Origin: Alphaproteobacteria bacterium
Lineage (GTDB): Bacteria > Pseudomonadota > Alphaproteobacteria > GCA-002720895
DNA: 62,213 nt
Assembly: GCA_022450705.1 (NCBI GenBank)
Contig: JAKUPP010000002.1
Coordinates: 1 to 62,213, forward strand
Reading direction: 5' to 3'
The position numbers and the translations under genes are program-made. Below the pieces are notes generated by a model. The model was not told the DNA's origin. It did not search any database and worked only from the letters and a program-made list of their open reading frames with translations. Within the stretch, counting starts at the first letter, position 1. Each line of letters opens with the position of its first letter. This document shows positions 18,799 through 28,327 of this stretch, in pieces.

Positions 18799-21700
18799 AA
18801 AAAAAAAATAAAAATTTTAAAAAACTTTTTAAATCAGGTATTTATAATACATCCCAAGAACATGACAGCTGTGGAGTTGGATTGGTTGCCTCCATTAACG
18901 GACAACATAATAGGGATGTTGTAGAAGCAGGAATAAAAGCATTAAAAGCAGTGTGGCACAGAGGTGCAGTTGATGCAGATGGTAAAACTGGAGATGGAGC
19001 AGGCATACAAATTTCATTTCCGCAAGAATTTTTTAAAGATTACATAAGATCTCTAGGAGTAGTTCCTTCAAAAAAAAATATTGGAGTTGGAATGATTTTT
19101 TTACCAAGAACTGATATGGTTTCCCAAGAAATATGTAGAACAATAACTGAGAGAGAGATTATTAATTCAGGCAATAAGATCTATTGCTGGAGATCTGTTC
19201 CTGTTAATTTAACTGCTGTAGGACAAAAGGCAAATGATAATAGGCCTGAAATTGAACAAATATTTTTTGAAAATTCTAAAAATTTAAAGGACGATGAATT
19301 TGAAAAAGAATTATTTATTTTAAGAAGAAAAATTGAAAAAAGAATTCCTCCAAATGCAAAAAAAGATTTTTATATATGTTCTTTATCATCAAAATCGATC
19401 ATATACAAAGGAATGTTTCTTGCCGAACAAATTGATAAATTTTATCCTGATTTAAATCATAAAGCATTCATTTCAAATTTTGCAATTTTTCATCAAAGGT
19501 ATTCAACTAATACTTTTCCAACTTGGTCTTTAGCTCAACCTTTTCGTGTTTTGTCACATAATGGTGAAATAAATACAATCCAAGGAAATATTAATTGGTC
19601 AATAATTCATGAATCAAAAATGTTTTCTGAAAATTTAGGAGAAAATATAAAAGAAATTTTTCCTATAATTCAAGATGGAGCATCTGACTCGGCTGCTTTA
19701 GATTCTTTTTATGAATTATTATTACATTCTGGAAAGGATTTACCCATGATAAAAGCACTAACTATTCCTGAAGCAAAAAATAAAAATCAAAATAAAAAAA
19801 TTAAAGATTTTTATGAATATTGTTATTCAGTTTTAGAACCTTGGGATGGCCCAGCAGCTATTGCTGCTTATGGAAAAGATTGGGTTATAGCTGGTATGGA
19901 TAGGAATGGATTTAGACCAATGAGATATACTATTACAAATAAAAATATTTTATTTGTTGGTTCAGAAACAGGAATGGTTCAGATAAATAATGCTGATGTT
20001 GTAAAAAAAGGTCATATTGGTCCAGGTCAAATAGTAGGAGTAAATCTTAAAGAAGGTAGATTTTATAATTCAGAGGCTATTAAAAATGATTTAGTTAATC
20101 GACATCCTTATCATAAATGGTTAAAAAGAATTAAAAAATTTATAGCACAAAATAATATTTCTCAAAATAATTCTTTATATTTCAAAGAAGACGATTTGAA
20201 AAAGCGACAAATGGCTGCGGGTTGGAATATAGAAGATTTAGAATTAATTTTAGATCCAATGACATTTGATAAAATTGAAGCTGTAGGCTCCATGGGGGAT
20301 GATACACCTATAACTTTATTATCAAAAAATTATCGTGGTTTGTATCCATTCTTTAGACAGAATTTTAGTCAAGTAACTAATCCACCTATGGATTCATTAA
20401 GAGAAACCAATGTTATGTCATTAAACACAAGGCTTGGCAATTTGTGTAATATTTTAGAAGAAAGCGAATCTCAATGTAATTTTATATTACTTCAATCTCC
20501 TTTTCTTTTAACATCAGAATATGAATATTTAAAAAAAAAATTAAAAAATAAATCTAAAGAAATTGATTGTATTTTTAGTGTTAATAAAAAAAGTGAGAAT
20601 TTAGAAAAATCTTTAAAAAAAATACAAGAGGAAGCAGAGGAATTAGTAAGAAGTGGTGTTGAACATATTTTATTAACAGATCGTAAGGTTAATTTAAAAA
20701 CTGCTGCAATACCAATGCCTTTAGCAGTTGGAGCAATCCATACCCATTTAGTTAATGAAGGTCTTAGAAGTTTTGTATCAATTAATGTACAGGCAGCTGA
20801 TATTTTAGATGTACATTCTTTTGCTGTTTTAATTGGAGTTGGCGCTACAACCATAAATCCGTATTTAGCTGAAAGAACAATTTTAAATAGATATAAAAAA
20901 AATAATTCTTTAGGTATAAATTCAAAAGAAGTTGTAGAAAATTATAAATCATCAATTGAAAAAGGACTTTTAAAAATAATGTCTAAAATGGGCATTTCTG
21001 TTTTAAGTTCATATAGAGCAGGGTATAACTTTGAAGTTGTTGGATTGAACAGAACATTAGTAGCGGACTTATTTCCTGGTATGCCATCAAGGATATCAGG
21101 CTTAAGATTCAATGAAATAGAAAATAAAGTTATCAATTTACATACCAAAGCTTTTAAGGAGCAATTTTTGTCTTTACCAATTGGCGGATATTATAAATTT
21201 AGAAAAAATGGAGAAAATCATTATTATCAACCAACATTAATTCATACTTTACAAAATGCTGTAAATAATAATTCATATGAAAAATTTAAAGTTTATAGCA
21301 AAGGTATAGATAATCTTCCATTAATTAATATCAGAGATTTATTTGCATTTAGAAATTTGAAAAAAGAAGTTTCATTAAGCAAAGTTGAACCTGAAGAAAA
21401 TATTTATAAAAGATTTGGGAGTGGTAGCATGTCTCATGGAGCATTGTCTAAAGAAGCTCACGAAACTTTAGCAATTGCAATGAATAGAATGGGAGCATAT
21501 TCCTGTAGTGGTGAAGGAGGAGAAGATGAAAAAAGATTTATAAGTCTACCAAATGGAGATAGTAAAAATTCTAGAGTAAAACAAATAGCATCTGGAAGGT
21601 TTGGCGTTACGGCAAAATATTTAAATAATTGTAAAGAAATTGAAATTAAAATGGCCCAAGGAGCAAAACCTGGAGAAGGTGGACAATTACCAGGTTTTAA

Positions 21701-23309
21701 AGTGTCTGAAGAAATTGCACAATTAAGACATTCAACCAAAGGAGTAACATTGATTTCTCCCCCACCTCACCATGATATTTATTCAATTGAAGATCTTGCG
21801 CAACTTATTTATGATTTAAAACAAATAAATCCTGAAGCTAGAGTATGTGTAAAATTAGTTTCTCGATCTGGAATCGGAACAATCGCAGCAGGTGTGGCAA
21901 AAGCGAAAGCAGATACAATTTTAATATCGGGACATTCAGGAGGAACCGGAGCTAGTCCTCAAACAAGTATTAAATATGCAGGTACACCATGGGAATTAGG
22001 TTTATCTGAAGTCCATCAAATTTTAGTTGCTAATAATTTACGTCATAAAGTTCGTTTACGAACTGACGGGGGTATAAAAACTGGAAGAGATGTTATTATA
22101 GCTTCTATATTAGGAGCGGAAGAATATGGTATTGGAACAACCTCTTTAGTTGCAATGGGTTGTATACTTGTTAGACAATGTCATAGCGATGTATGTCCTG
22201 TCGGTATATGCACACAAAAACCTGAATTAAGAAAGAAATTTGAAGGTACGCCAGAAAAAGTTATAAATCTTTTTTCATTTATAGCAAGAGAGTCTAGGGA
22301 ATTATTATCACGATTAGGATTTAATTCTATAAATGAAATTATTGGAAGAACAGAATTATTAAGACAAATTAGCAAAGAAAATATAACAGTTGACACTATT
22401 GATTTAAATTCATTATTAGTCAAAGCAGAGTCTAAAAATCCTGTATACTGTACAATAAAGAAACGAAACGAAGTTCCTGAAAGTTTAGATAAAGAAATTA
22501 TTAATGATCTATTAGTTAAAAGAAAAAATAATAAATTAGGAAAAATTAATTTAAATTATTTTATAAAAAATACAGATAGGGCTATCGGAGCAAAATTATC
22601 ATCATTTATTACTAATAAAAAATTAGAAATAAATGAAAAAGAAATAATACAAGTTAAATTAAAAGGTAGCGCAGGTCAGTCTTTAGGTGCTTTTTTAGTA
22701 AAACAAATTGAAATTTTTGTTGAAGGAGATGCGAATGATTATGTAGGTAAAGGATTAAGTGGAGGAAAAATAATAATTAAACCTGGTGCAAATTCAAACT
22801 TTCTTCCGGATGAAAATATAATTATTGGTAATACAGTTTTATATGGAGCTACAAGCGGAGAACTTTTTGCAAATGGTCAAGCAGGCGAAAGATTTGCAGT
22901 AAGGAATTCAGGAGCCAATGCTGTTATTGAAGGTTGTAGTAATAATGGTTGCGAATATATGACTGGTGGAACAGTGGTGATTTTAGGTAAAGTTGGTGAA
23001 AATTTTGCTGCTGGTATGACAGGTGGAATGGCTTTTATATATGATATCGATAATATTTTTCCTAATTACATAAATACTGATTCTGTGATTTATTGTAAAT
23101 TAAATAAGTCTTATTGGGAAAATATTTTAAAAGACTTAATTCTTCGCCATATAAAATTTACTAACTCAGAGCTAGCAAAAAAAATAATTGCAAAATGGTC
23201 AACCGAGAAAAAAAATTTTTGGCAAGTAGTGCCATTAGAAATAATTGATAAATTAGAAAAACCTATATTAACTGAAAAAAATACAGTTTTACAAAAAAAA
23301 TTAGCTTAA
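18792..23309 (+). CDS. gltB: Glutamate synthase large subunit
   Basis: 1505 aa. N-terminal Ntn amidotransferase Cys (HDSCGVG), FMN/3Fe-4S central domains, C-terminal GXGXG repeats. 7-nt overlap with gltD. Confidence 0.97.
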   Translation: MLEKKNKNFKKLFKSGIYNTSQEHDSCGVGLVASINGQHNRDVVEAGIKALKAVWHRGAVDADGKTGDGAGIQISFPQEFFKDYIRSLGVVPSKKNIGVGMIFLPRTDMVSQEICRTITEREIINSGNKIYCWRSVPVNLTAVGQKANDNRPEIEQIFFENSKNLKDDEFEKELFILRRKIEKRIPPNAKKDFYICSLSSKSIIYKGMFLAEQIDKFYPDLNHKAFISNFAIFHQRYSTNTFPTWSLAQPFRVLSHNGEINTIQGNINWSIIHESKMFSENLGENIKEIFPIIQDGASDSAALDSFYELLLHSGKDLPMIKALTIPEAKNKNQNKKIKDFYEYCYSVLEPWDGPAAIAAYGKDWVIAGMDRNGFRPMRYTITNKNILFVGSETGMVQINNADVVKKGHIGPGQIVGVNLKEGRFYNSEAIKNDLVNRHPYHKWLKRIKKFIAQNNISQNNSLYFKEDDLKKRQMAAGWNIEDLELILDPMTFDKIEAVGSMGDDTPITLLSKNYRGLYPFFRQNFSQVTNPPMDSLRETNVMSLNTRLGNLCNILEESESQCNFILLQSPFLLTSEYEYLKKKLKNKSKEIDCIFSVNKKSENLEKSLKKIQEEAEELVRSGVEHILLTDRKVNLKTAAIPMPLAVGAIHTHLVNEGLRSFVSINVQAADILDVHSFAVLIGVGATTINPYLAERTILNRYKKNNSLGINSKEVVENYKSSIEKGLLKIMSKMGISVLSSYRAGYNFEVVGLNRTLVADLFPGMPSRISGLRFNEIENKVINLHTKAFKEQFLSLPIGGYYKFRKNGENHYYQPTLIHTLQNAVNNNSYEKFKVYSKGIDNLPLINIRDLFAFRNLKKEVSLSKVEPEENIYKRFGSGSMSHGALSKEAHETLAIAMNRMGAYSCSGEGGEDEKRFISLPNGDSKNSRVKQIASGRFGVTAKYLNNCKEIEIKMAQGAKPGEGGQLPGFKVSEEIAQLRHSTKGVTLISPPPHHDIYSIEDLAQLIYDLKQINPEARVCVKLVSRSGIGTIAAGVAKAKADTILISGHSGGTGASPQTSIKYAGTPWELGLSEVHQILVANNLRHKVRLRTDGGIKTGRDVIIASILGAEEYGIGTTSLVAMGCILVRQCHSDVCPVGICTQKPELRKKFEGTPEKVINLFSFIARESRELLSRLGFNSINEIIGRTELLRQISKENITVDTIDLNSLLVKAESKNPVYCTIKKRNEVPESLDKEIINDLLVKRKNNKLGKINLNYFIKNTDRAIGAKLSSFITNKKLEINEKEIIQVKLKGSAGQSLGAFLVKQIEIFVEGDANDYVGKGLSGGKIIIKPGANSNFLPDENIIIGNTVLYGATSGELFANGQAGERFAVRNSGANAVIEGCSNNGCEYMTGGTVVILGKVGENFAAGMTGGMAFIYDIDNIFPNYINTDSVIYCKLNKSYWENILKDLILRHIKFTNSELAKKIIAKWSTEKKNFWQVVPLEIIDKLEKPILTEKNTVLQKKLA

Positions 23310-25438
23310 TTATAAAATAATTTAGATTTTTTTCTTTCTAGTTTAACTCTATCAAAAATAAAAAATAAAACTATAAACTGCATAATTCCATGTTCTTTAT
23401 CCATATAATTTGGTGAAATAGCTAAAATTTCTTCTAAATTTTTTGAGATTTTCTTTAATTCTGATTTAAAATTTTTTAAAATCATATCCTTAGAATTTAA
23501 TTCAATACTTAAATAATTTTTTTCTTCTTTATATTTAAAATTTTTAAAAATTTTTGAGATTACATTCTTTAGTAAACTTGTATTTATTTCTTTTTTTATT
23601 AAGAATTTAATTTTTGTTTCTACCCATTCATTATTATATTCTTTTTTCACATTCTTTTCATTTAAAGAATTAATTTGAAAAATAATATCCGCATATTTTT
23701 TTTGTTTTTTTATATAAAGATCTGAATCTTTTTTTCTTCTTTTAATTTCGTGAATTATTTCTTTTTTTTTATATTTTCTTCTTTTTATATCACGATTAAT
23801 TTTAAAATATTTTCTTAAATTTTCATTTACATCTAAAAAAATAGAAATGTCTGTAATATTTCTTACTTTTTGGCAATACAATGAATGGAGTCCTATTATT
23901 AAAACAAAATCTTTTTTCCTTATTTTTTTTTTGTAGGTAAATTTTCCTGTTTCGTGGTCATATTCTCTACAGATTACCGTCTTACCATTTTTTAAAGAAA
24001 TACAATCTTTTTCAAATTGTTTTAAATTATTAGCTTTAGGATTTAAATGAGTTAACTTCCCCCATTTTTTTGAATTTCTTTCATAAAGATGGTAATCGTC
24101 TCCGCTTAATGAAGCTACGGAGTTTTCTCCAAAGACACCACCAATAGCCTTTCCTAAAGTATCTTTTCCAGCGGCCGAATCTCCTGCGATTCCAATTAAT
24201 ATTGGTTTATAAACTAATCTAAAGAATTCATTTTCAAAAATATTTTTTTTAATCATAATATAAACTAAAATTAATCCAGTAATTGACAATATTGCTAAAC
24301 TCCCATCTTTTGCTAAATCAAATGATAATTTTTCTAGGTTTGTTAATAAAATAGTAGATAAATCTTTATTTATGTAATAGTAATCCATTTTAAAAAAATG
24401 AATTATAGATCCATCATCTATAATAAGTTTGTTAAAAACAAAAATTATTGAAAATATTAAAACTCCATTTTTAAAAAAAATTGAATTTGTATTTATTTGG
24501 AAAGCAACTAAAAAGGGTACAACCCACAAATACCAACCTATTTCAGCTGGTGTAAAAATAAGTATAATAAAGAAAGCAATACCAAGAAAAGAGTACAATA
24601 AATTAAAATTCATCCGCCCAATTTTGTAAGCAGCAAAAACTAAAATTAAATAAAGAATAGGCGCGATATATAAGATAATATTATTAAATAAAGTTGTACT
24701 TCTAAAAACTGTATCAAAGGCAGGATTATTTAAAGTCATTTCCTGAAATCCTAATGTGTTAAAGAAAGGACCTTGAATAACAAATATTGTTAGCAGAATA
24801 GTTAAAGTAAATTTCCAGAAAATTTTATAATACCTATTATTCAATAGTAAATAAAAACAAATAAATGGAACTGAAATAATCATGCTTAATTTACAAGCAA
24901 CTGTTAAACCAAGGGTTATTGCAGATATAAAAAAAAATTTTTCTTTTAAAAGATATAAAGAAAGTATTAGTAGAAAAGTAGGAAATATGTCTAACTGACC
25001 ATGCCAGTATGAAATATATAAAACAATAGGTGAGAGCCAATAAAAAAGAATAATTTTTTCTACTTTTTCTCTAAATAATTTTCCTAAAATAAATAAAATA
25101 GATAAGTCTGCAGCAAGTATACTTGATTTAAAACCAATACTTAAAAAATAATTTTGAGCTTGGGATGCAAAATTTAAATTATCGATAATAGAACCAATAA
25201 AACTTAAAGGTAACTGTAAAACTAACATTATTGGTCCATAAGGATAAGATAAAGGATCTTGGCCTGTATTATAAAAATTAGTCCACGGATCAAATGAAAA
25301 ATTTTCTATTGTAAAACTTATAAATTTTAGAAACCATTTATCTTGAATTACTGGTGCTAAAAAAATTATAGCAGTAATTTTAATTAGAAAACCAAACCAA
25401 AAAAATTTGTTATTTTTTATTTGATAAAATAAATTCAT
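23306..25438 (-). CDS. Fusion protein: polytopic GT-C-like membrane domain (aa 1-400) plus uridine kinase/phosphoribulokinase-family P-loop kinase domain (aa 410-600) plus K-rich C-terminal tail
   Basis: At least 10 TM helices with an early loop motif SYPYGP. The kinase half aligns block by block with E. coli Udk: ILIGIAGDSAAGKD (Walker A), GDDYH, VLIIGLHSLY, ISIFLDV, KKYADIIF. Confidence 0.6.
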   Translation of the reverse strand: MNLFYQIKNNKFFWFGFLIKITAIIFLAPVIQDKWFLKFISFTIENFSFDPWTNFYNTGQDPLSYPYGPIMLVLQLPLSFIGSIIDNLNFASQAQNYFLSIGFKSSILAADLSILFILGKLFREKVEKIILFYWLSPIVLYISYWHGQLDIFPTFLLILSLYLLKEKFFFISAITLGLTVACKLSMIISVPFICFYLLLNNRYYKIFWKFTLTILLTIFVIQGPFFNTLGFQEMTLNNPAFDTVFRSTTLFNNIILYIAPILYLILVFAAYKIGRMNFNLLYSFLGIAFFIILIFTPAEIGWYLWVVPFLVAFQINTNSIFFKNGVLIFSIIFVFNKLIIDDGSIIHFFKMDYYYINKDLSTILLTNLEKLSFDLAKDGSLAILSITGLILVYIMIKKNIFENEFFRLVYKPILIGIAGDSAAGKDTLGKAIGGVFGENSVASLSGDDYHLYERNSKKWGKLTHLNPKANNLKQFEKDCISLKNGKTVICREYDHETGKFTYKKKIRKKDFVLIIGLHSLYCQKVRNITDISIFLDVNENLRKYFKINRDIKRRKYKKKEIIHEIKRRKKDSDLYIKKQKKYADIIFQINSLNEKNVKKEYNNEWVETKIKFLIKKEINTSLLKNVISKIFKNFKYKEEKNYLSIELNSKDMILKNFKSELKKISKNLEEILAISPNYMDKEHGIMQFIVLFFIFDRVKLERKKSKLFYN

Positions 25439-25440
25439 TT

Positions 25441-26043
25441 TTATTTATTCCATATTTCAGGATTTTTTGTACACACAGCATCAATATGTATATTTTTTTT
25501 TTGGATAGAATTTTTTAGTTTTTTTAAATTTTGTATCGATGTTTTTTTTACTATTTCAGGAGAAACTATACATATTTTTATATTTTTTTTCTTAAGGCTA
25601 TTTGAAATTGATTTATTTAAAGGAAACTTAGAAAAATGATCTACCCATACCCAATTAATTTTTTTTTTTAAATTATTTATAGTTTTTATATCTTCATATT
25701 CGGAAAATCTTATAGCACACCTCGTTTCATTTGAATTTAATGTTTTTATAAGAAAAGGAAAAGATTGATCAAGAAAGAAAAAGTCTTTTATTTTTTTATT
25801 CTTTAAGATTTTTATAATATATTTTTCCAGACCTTCTTCTTTAATATTAATTATTAAAAATTTATGATTATATTTTCTTATCCAATTATCTAGAAATTCT
25901 CCATTTTTCATTGGATCATGGTTTAAAATAATTTTGTTATTGTAACTTCTAACATCTATTTCTACCCCATATTCTGTAGGAGTATCAATTAATTGTTTAA
26001 TTGTGTTTTTTCTATGACAAATTATTAATGGTTTTAAATACAA
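25441..26043 (-). CDS. Glycerophosphodiester phosphodiesterase (GDPD)/PLC-like TIM-barrel protein, short form
   Basis: IICHRKN ... GVEIDVR ... ILNHDP ... LIINIKEEG match the GDPD HR / E-x-D / HD / E-x-K catalytic blocks (compare UgpQ). Confidence 0.5.
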   Translation of the reverse strand: MYLKPLIICHRKNTIKQLIDTPTEYGVEIDVRSYNNKIILNHDPMKNGEFLDNWIRKYNHKFLIINIKEEGLEKYIIKILKNKKIKDFFFLDQSFPFLIKTLNSNETRCAIRFSEYEDIKTINNLKKKINWVWVDHFSKFPLNKSISNSLKKKNIKICIVSPEIVKKTSIQNLKKLKNSIQKKNIHIDAVCTKNPEIWNK

Positions 26044-26051
26044 AATACTAT

Positions 26052-26750
26052 TTACAATTCTTTTTTTAATTGAAAACTATATTTTATAGTTCTTTTTATA
26101 AATTTCATTTTATTTTTAAAATCCGTGTTCCAATGTGATACACCAAACTTTCTTTCAGGATATTTAACAGGGAACCGGAGTATTTTTAATTTTTTTTTTT
26201 TGGCATTAAAGTAAAAAAATAAATCAAAAGAAAAATCTAATGGAATTTTTTCTAACATATTAAAAAAATTTTTATGAAAAATATTTGGTTGAGCATTAAC
26301 ATCCCAAAAAAATTTTTTTAGTAGAATTGTTTCAAAAATAGACATTCCTATTGTAAAAATAATATCTTTTAAAGGCCTACCCAGCCTATTTCCTTTAATA
26401 AAAATTTTAGGAGACAATTCTTTTTCAAATTTCTCAAAACCTATAATTACATCATATGGATCTGTTTGTAAATCAGCATGGGTCCATGAAATATATTTTC
26501 CTTTTGCTTTTTTTAAACCTTGAAGAATACCATTCCCATATCCATTATTTTTTTTTAACTTTATCATTTTAAGAAAATTATAATCTTTTTTTAAATTTGA
26601 TATGATTGTTTCAGTTGAATCATTTGATCCATTATTAACAAGAATTAATTCTACATCTTTTCGTTTTAATTTTTTTGAGAAATCTTTTACAAGTTTTGGC
26701 AAACTTTTTGCTTCATTAAAACATGGAATTACTATTGATAAATTTATCAT
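26052..26750 (-). CDS. Glycosyltransferase family 2 (polyprenol-phosphate glycosyltransferase-like, soluble form)
   Basis: LSIVIPCFNE, ELILVNNGSNDST and downstream D-x-D-region spacing typical of DPM1/ArnC-type GT2. Confidence 0.75.
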   Translation of the reverse strand: MINLSIVIPCFNEAKSLPKLVKDFSKKLKRKDVELILVNNGSNDSTETIISNLKKDYNFLKMIKLKKNNGYGNGILQGLKKAKGKYISWTHADLQTDPYDVIIGFEKFEKELSPKIFIKGNRLGRPLKDIIFTIGMSIFETILLKKFFWDVNAQPNIFHKNFFNMLEKIPLDFSFDLFFYFNAKKKKLKILRFPVKYPERKFGVSHWNTDFKNKMKFIKRTIKYSFQLKKEL

Positions 26751-26752
26751 TT

Positions 26753-28327
26753 TTATATTGGATTATTTATTTTGTACGAATGGTTTTTCCATAAATTAAA
26801 ATATTCTTGCCAATATTTAAAAGTTTTTAATTCATTAGGGGTTCCCCAAGGCAAGTAATCATCTACTAAGAAAATTTTACATTTGTAACCGAGTTTAATA
26901 GCGTCATTTATAGATGTATCGATATAAAATTCATTATTAACTAAAGCTTTTCGTTTAATCATTTCATTAACAGAATTAATAAAATACTCTATTTTTTTGA
27001 AAGTAAAAGTGCCTAATACTACAGGACTGTCTTTAATATTTTTTAAAGGTTTTTTTACTGATATATAATCTATATTTTCTTTATTTTTTGTTTTAACCCA
27101 ACCAAATTGTTTTGGATTTCTAATAGATTCAAAATGATTTTTTGCCGCCCATACAATTATGTCAGTATTCAATTTATTGTAAAGATTTAGAAATTTTTTT
27201 TCATTAAATATTAAGCCTGTATCACACGAACCTATTGTTACTGGTATTTCTTTATTTTCTTTTTTTAATGTTTCAAGACATGTAATAGCTTGTCCATTCG
27301 TATGCTTATTTAATGAAAATATTTTTACTTTCGGAAAATGTTTTTTTATTTTTTTCTTTAGGGATTTAGAAGAATTATTTTTTTTTGATATTATTACTTT
27401 GGAATAATAATGTTTAGGATGGGTTAACATACTTTGAACTATCATTGGCTTTCCAGAAATCTCTATAAGAGGTTTATGTGTTTTGTAACCTTCTTCAATA
27501 AATCTTAGACCCTTGCCTGCTGCCGGTATAACTAAAACTCCTTTTAATTTTTTTTTTTTAAACTTCTGAATTTTTGAGAATTTTTCTGACCAATTTTTAT
27601 ATTCATTAAAATCCTCTGGCGTTCCCCACTGACTAAAAAAATTAATTTTATAAAACCCAACTTTCTCAGAGTTATTGATCATCGGTTTATAAATCATACT
27701 TATATAATATTCACCTTTTGTCTTTAAGTTATTTTTAAATGATTTATCTAGACAATTCTCAAGAATTTCTTTGTTTTTGAAATAATATGTTCCACTAGAT
27801 GTATATTCATTTATAGGATTCTTGGTAAATGGCTTTTTTTCTTGAATTGCTAAAACTTTTTCTCCCCTTTTTTTTATATATGCAAAATAAGATTTATTTA
27901 TTGTGCTTGGATGAAAATCTTTATAAACAACCACACATCCATCATATTTCTTTTTTTTAACAACCTTTTTAAAATTTTTATAGTTCCAATAACAATTAAA
28001 ATCACAATAATTTATTATTATTGGTCCTTTATTACTTATTTGATTTAATACTTTTGATACACTAAAAGCTGGTCCAAGATTATGAGAATTAATACTAACA
28101 ATTTTTCCAGTAGGGCATTTTTTTTTTAAAATAGAAGATAATTTTATTTTTTTATTTGATAATTGTTTTTTATCACAAATAAATAAAAAATTCTTTTCGC
28201 CTGGAAATAAATCTATAACATGCTCAATTACAAATTTATTATTTATTTTTAATAAAAATTTTGGAGTTTTAAAACCCGCCTTTTTAAAACGGATACTTTT
28301 TCCTACCATTGGAATTATTATTTGCAT
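26753..28327 (-). CDS. Tandem (duplicated) sugar/polyol-phosphate nucleotidyltransferase
   Basis: Two homologous halves. Each starts with a G-x-G-x-RF NTP-binding loop (IIIPMVGKSIRF...TPKFLL; VLVIPAAGKGLRF...HKPLI) and ends with WGTPEDFNEYKNW / WGTPNELKTFKYW. Confidence 0.65.
   Translation of the reverse strand: MQIIIPMVGKSIRFKKAGFKTPKFLLKINNKFVIEHVIDLFPGEKNFLFICDKKQLSNKKIKLSSILKKKCPTGKIVSINSHNLGPAFSVSKVLNQISNKGPIIINYCDFNCYWNYKNFKKVVKKKKYDGCVVVYKDFHPSTINKSYFAYIKKRGEKVLAIQEKKPFTKNPINEYTSSGTYYFKNKEILENCLDKSFKNNLKTKGEYYISMIYKPMINNSEKVGFYKINFFSQWGTPEDFNEYKNWSEKFSKIQKFKKKKLKGVLVIPAAGKGLRFIEEGYKTHKPLIEISGKPMIVQSMLTHPKHYYSKVIISKKNNSSKSLKKKIKKHFPKVKIFSLNKHTNGQAITCLETLKKENKEIPVTIGSCDTGLIFNEKKFLNLYNKLNTDIIVWAAKNHFESIRNPKQFGWVKTKNKENIDYISVKKPLKNIKDSPVVLGTFTFKKIEYFINSVNEMIKRKALVNNEFYIDTSINDAIKLGYKCKIFLVDDYLPWGTPNELKTFKYWQEYFNLWKNHSYKINNPI

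Noticed and set aside
20492-20854. 120-aa antisense ORF inside gltB (similar cases at 53719-54057 in dnaX, 52247-52615 in the hisN-like gene, 11052-11285 and 11451-11675 in mcd)
   Set aside because: These are antisense frames of strongly supported genes, with no independent motifs, starts or spacing signals. Such shadow ORFs are expected in long genes.
26190-26201. T12 homopolymer inside the GT2 gene as a possible phase-variation (contingency) tract. Similar tracts are A12 at 2396-2407 and A11 at 2965-2975 in the GT9 gene, and the A10 and A11 runs in the aldolase-like gene.
   Set aside because: Equally long A/T runs occur in housekeeping genes (for example T13 at 17002-17014 in uppP), where they encode Lys or Phe runs. 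They therefore reflect genome-wide composition. Only population-level length polymorphism data could revive the idea.
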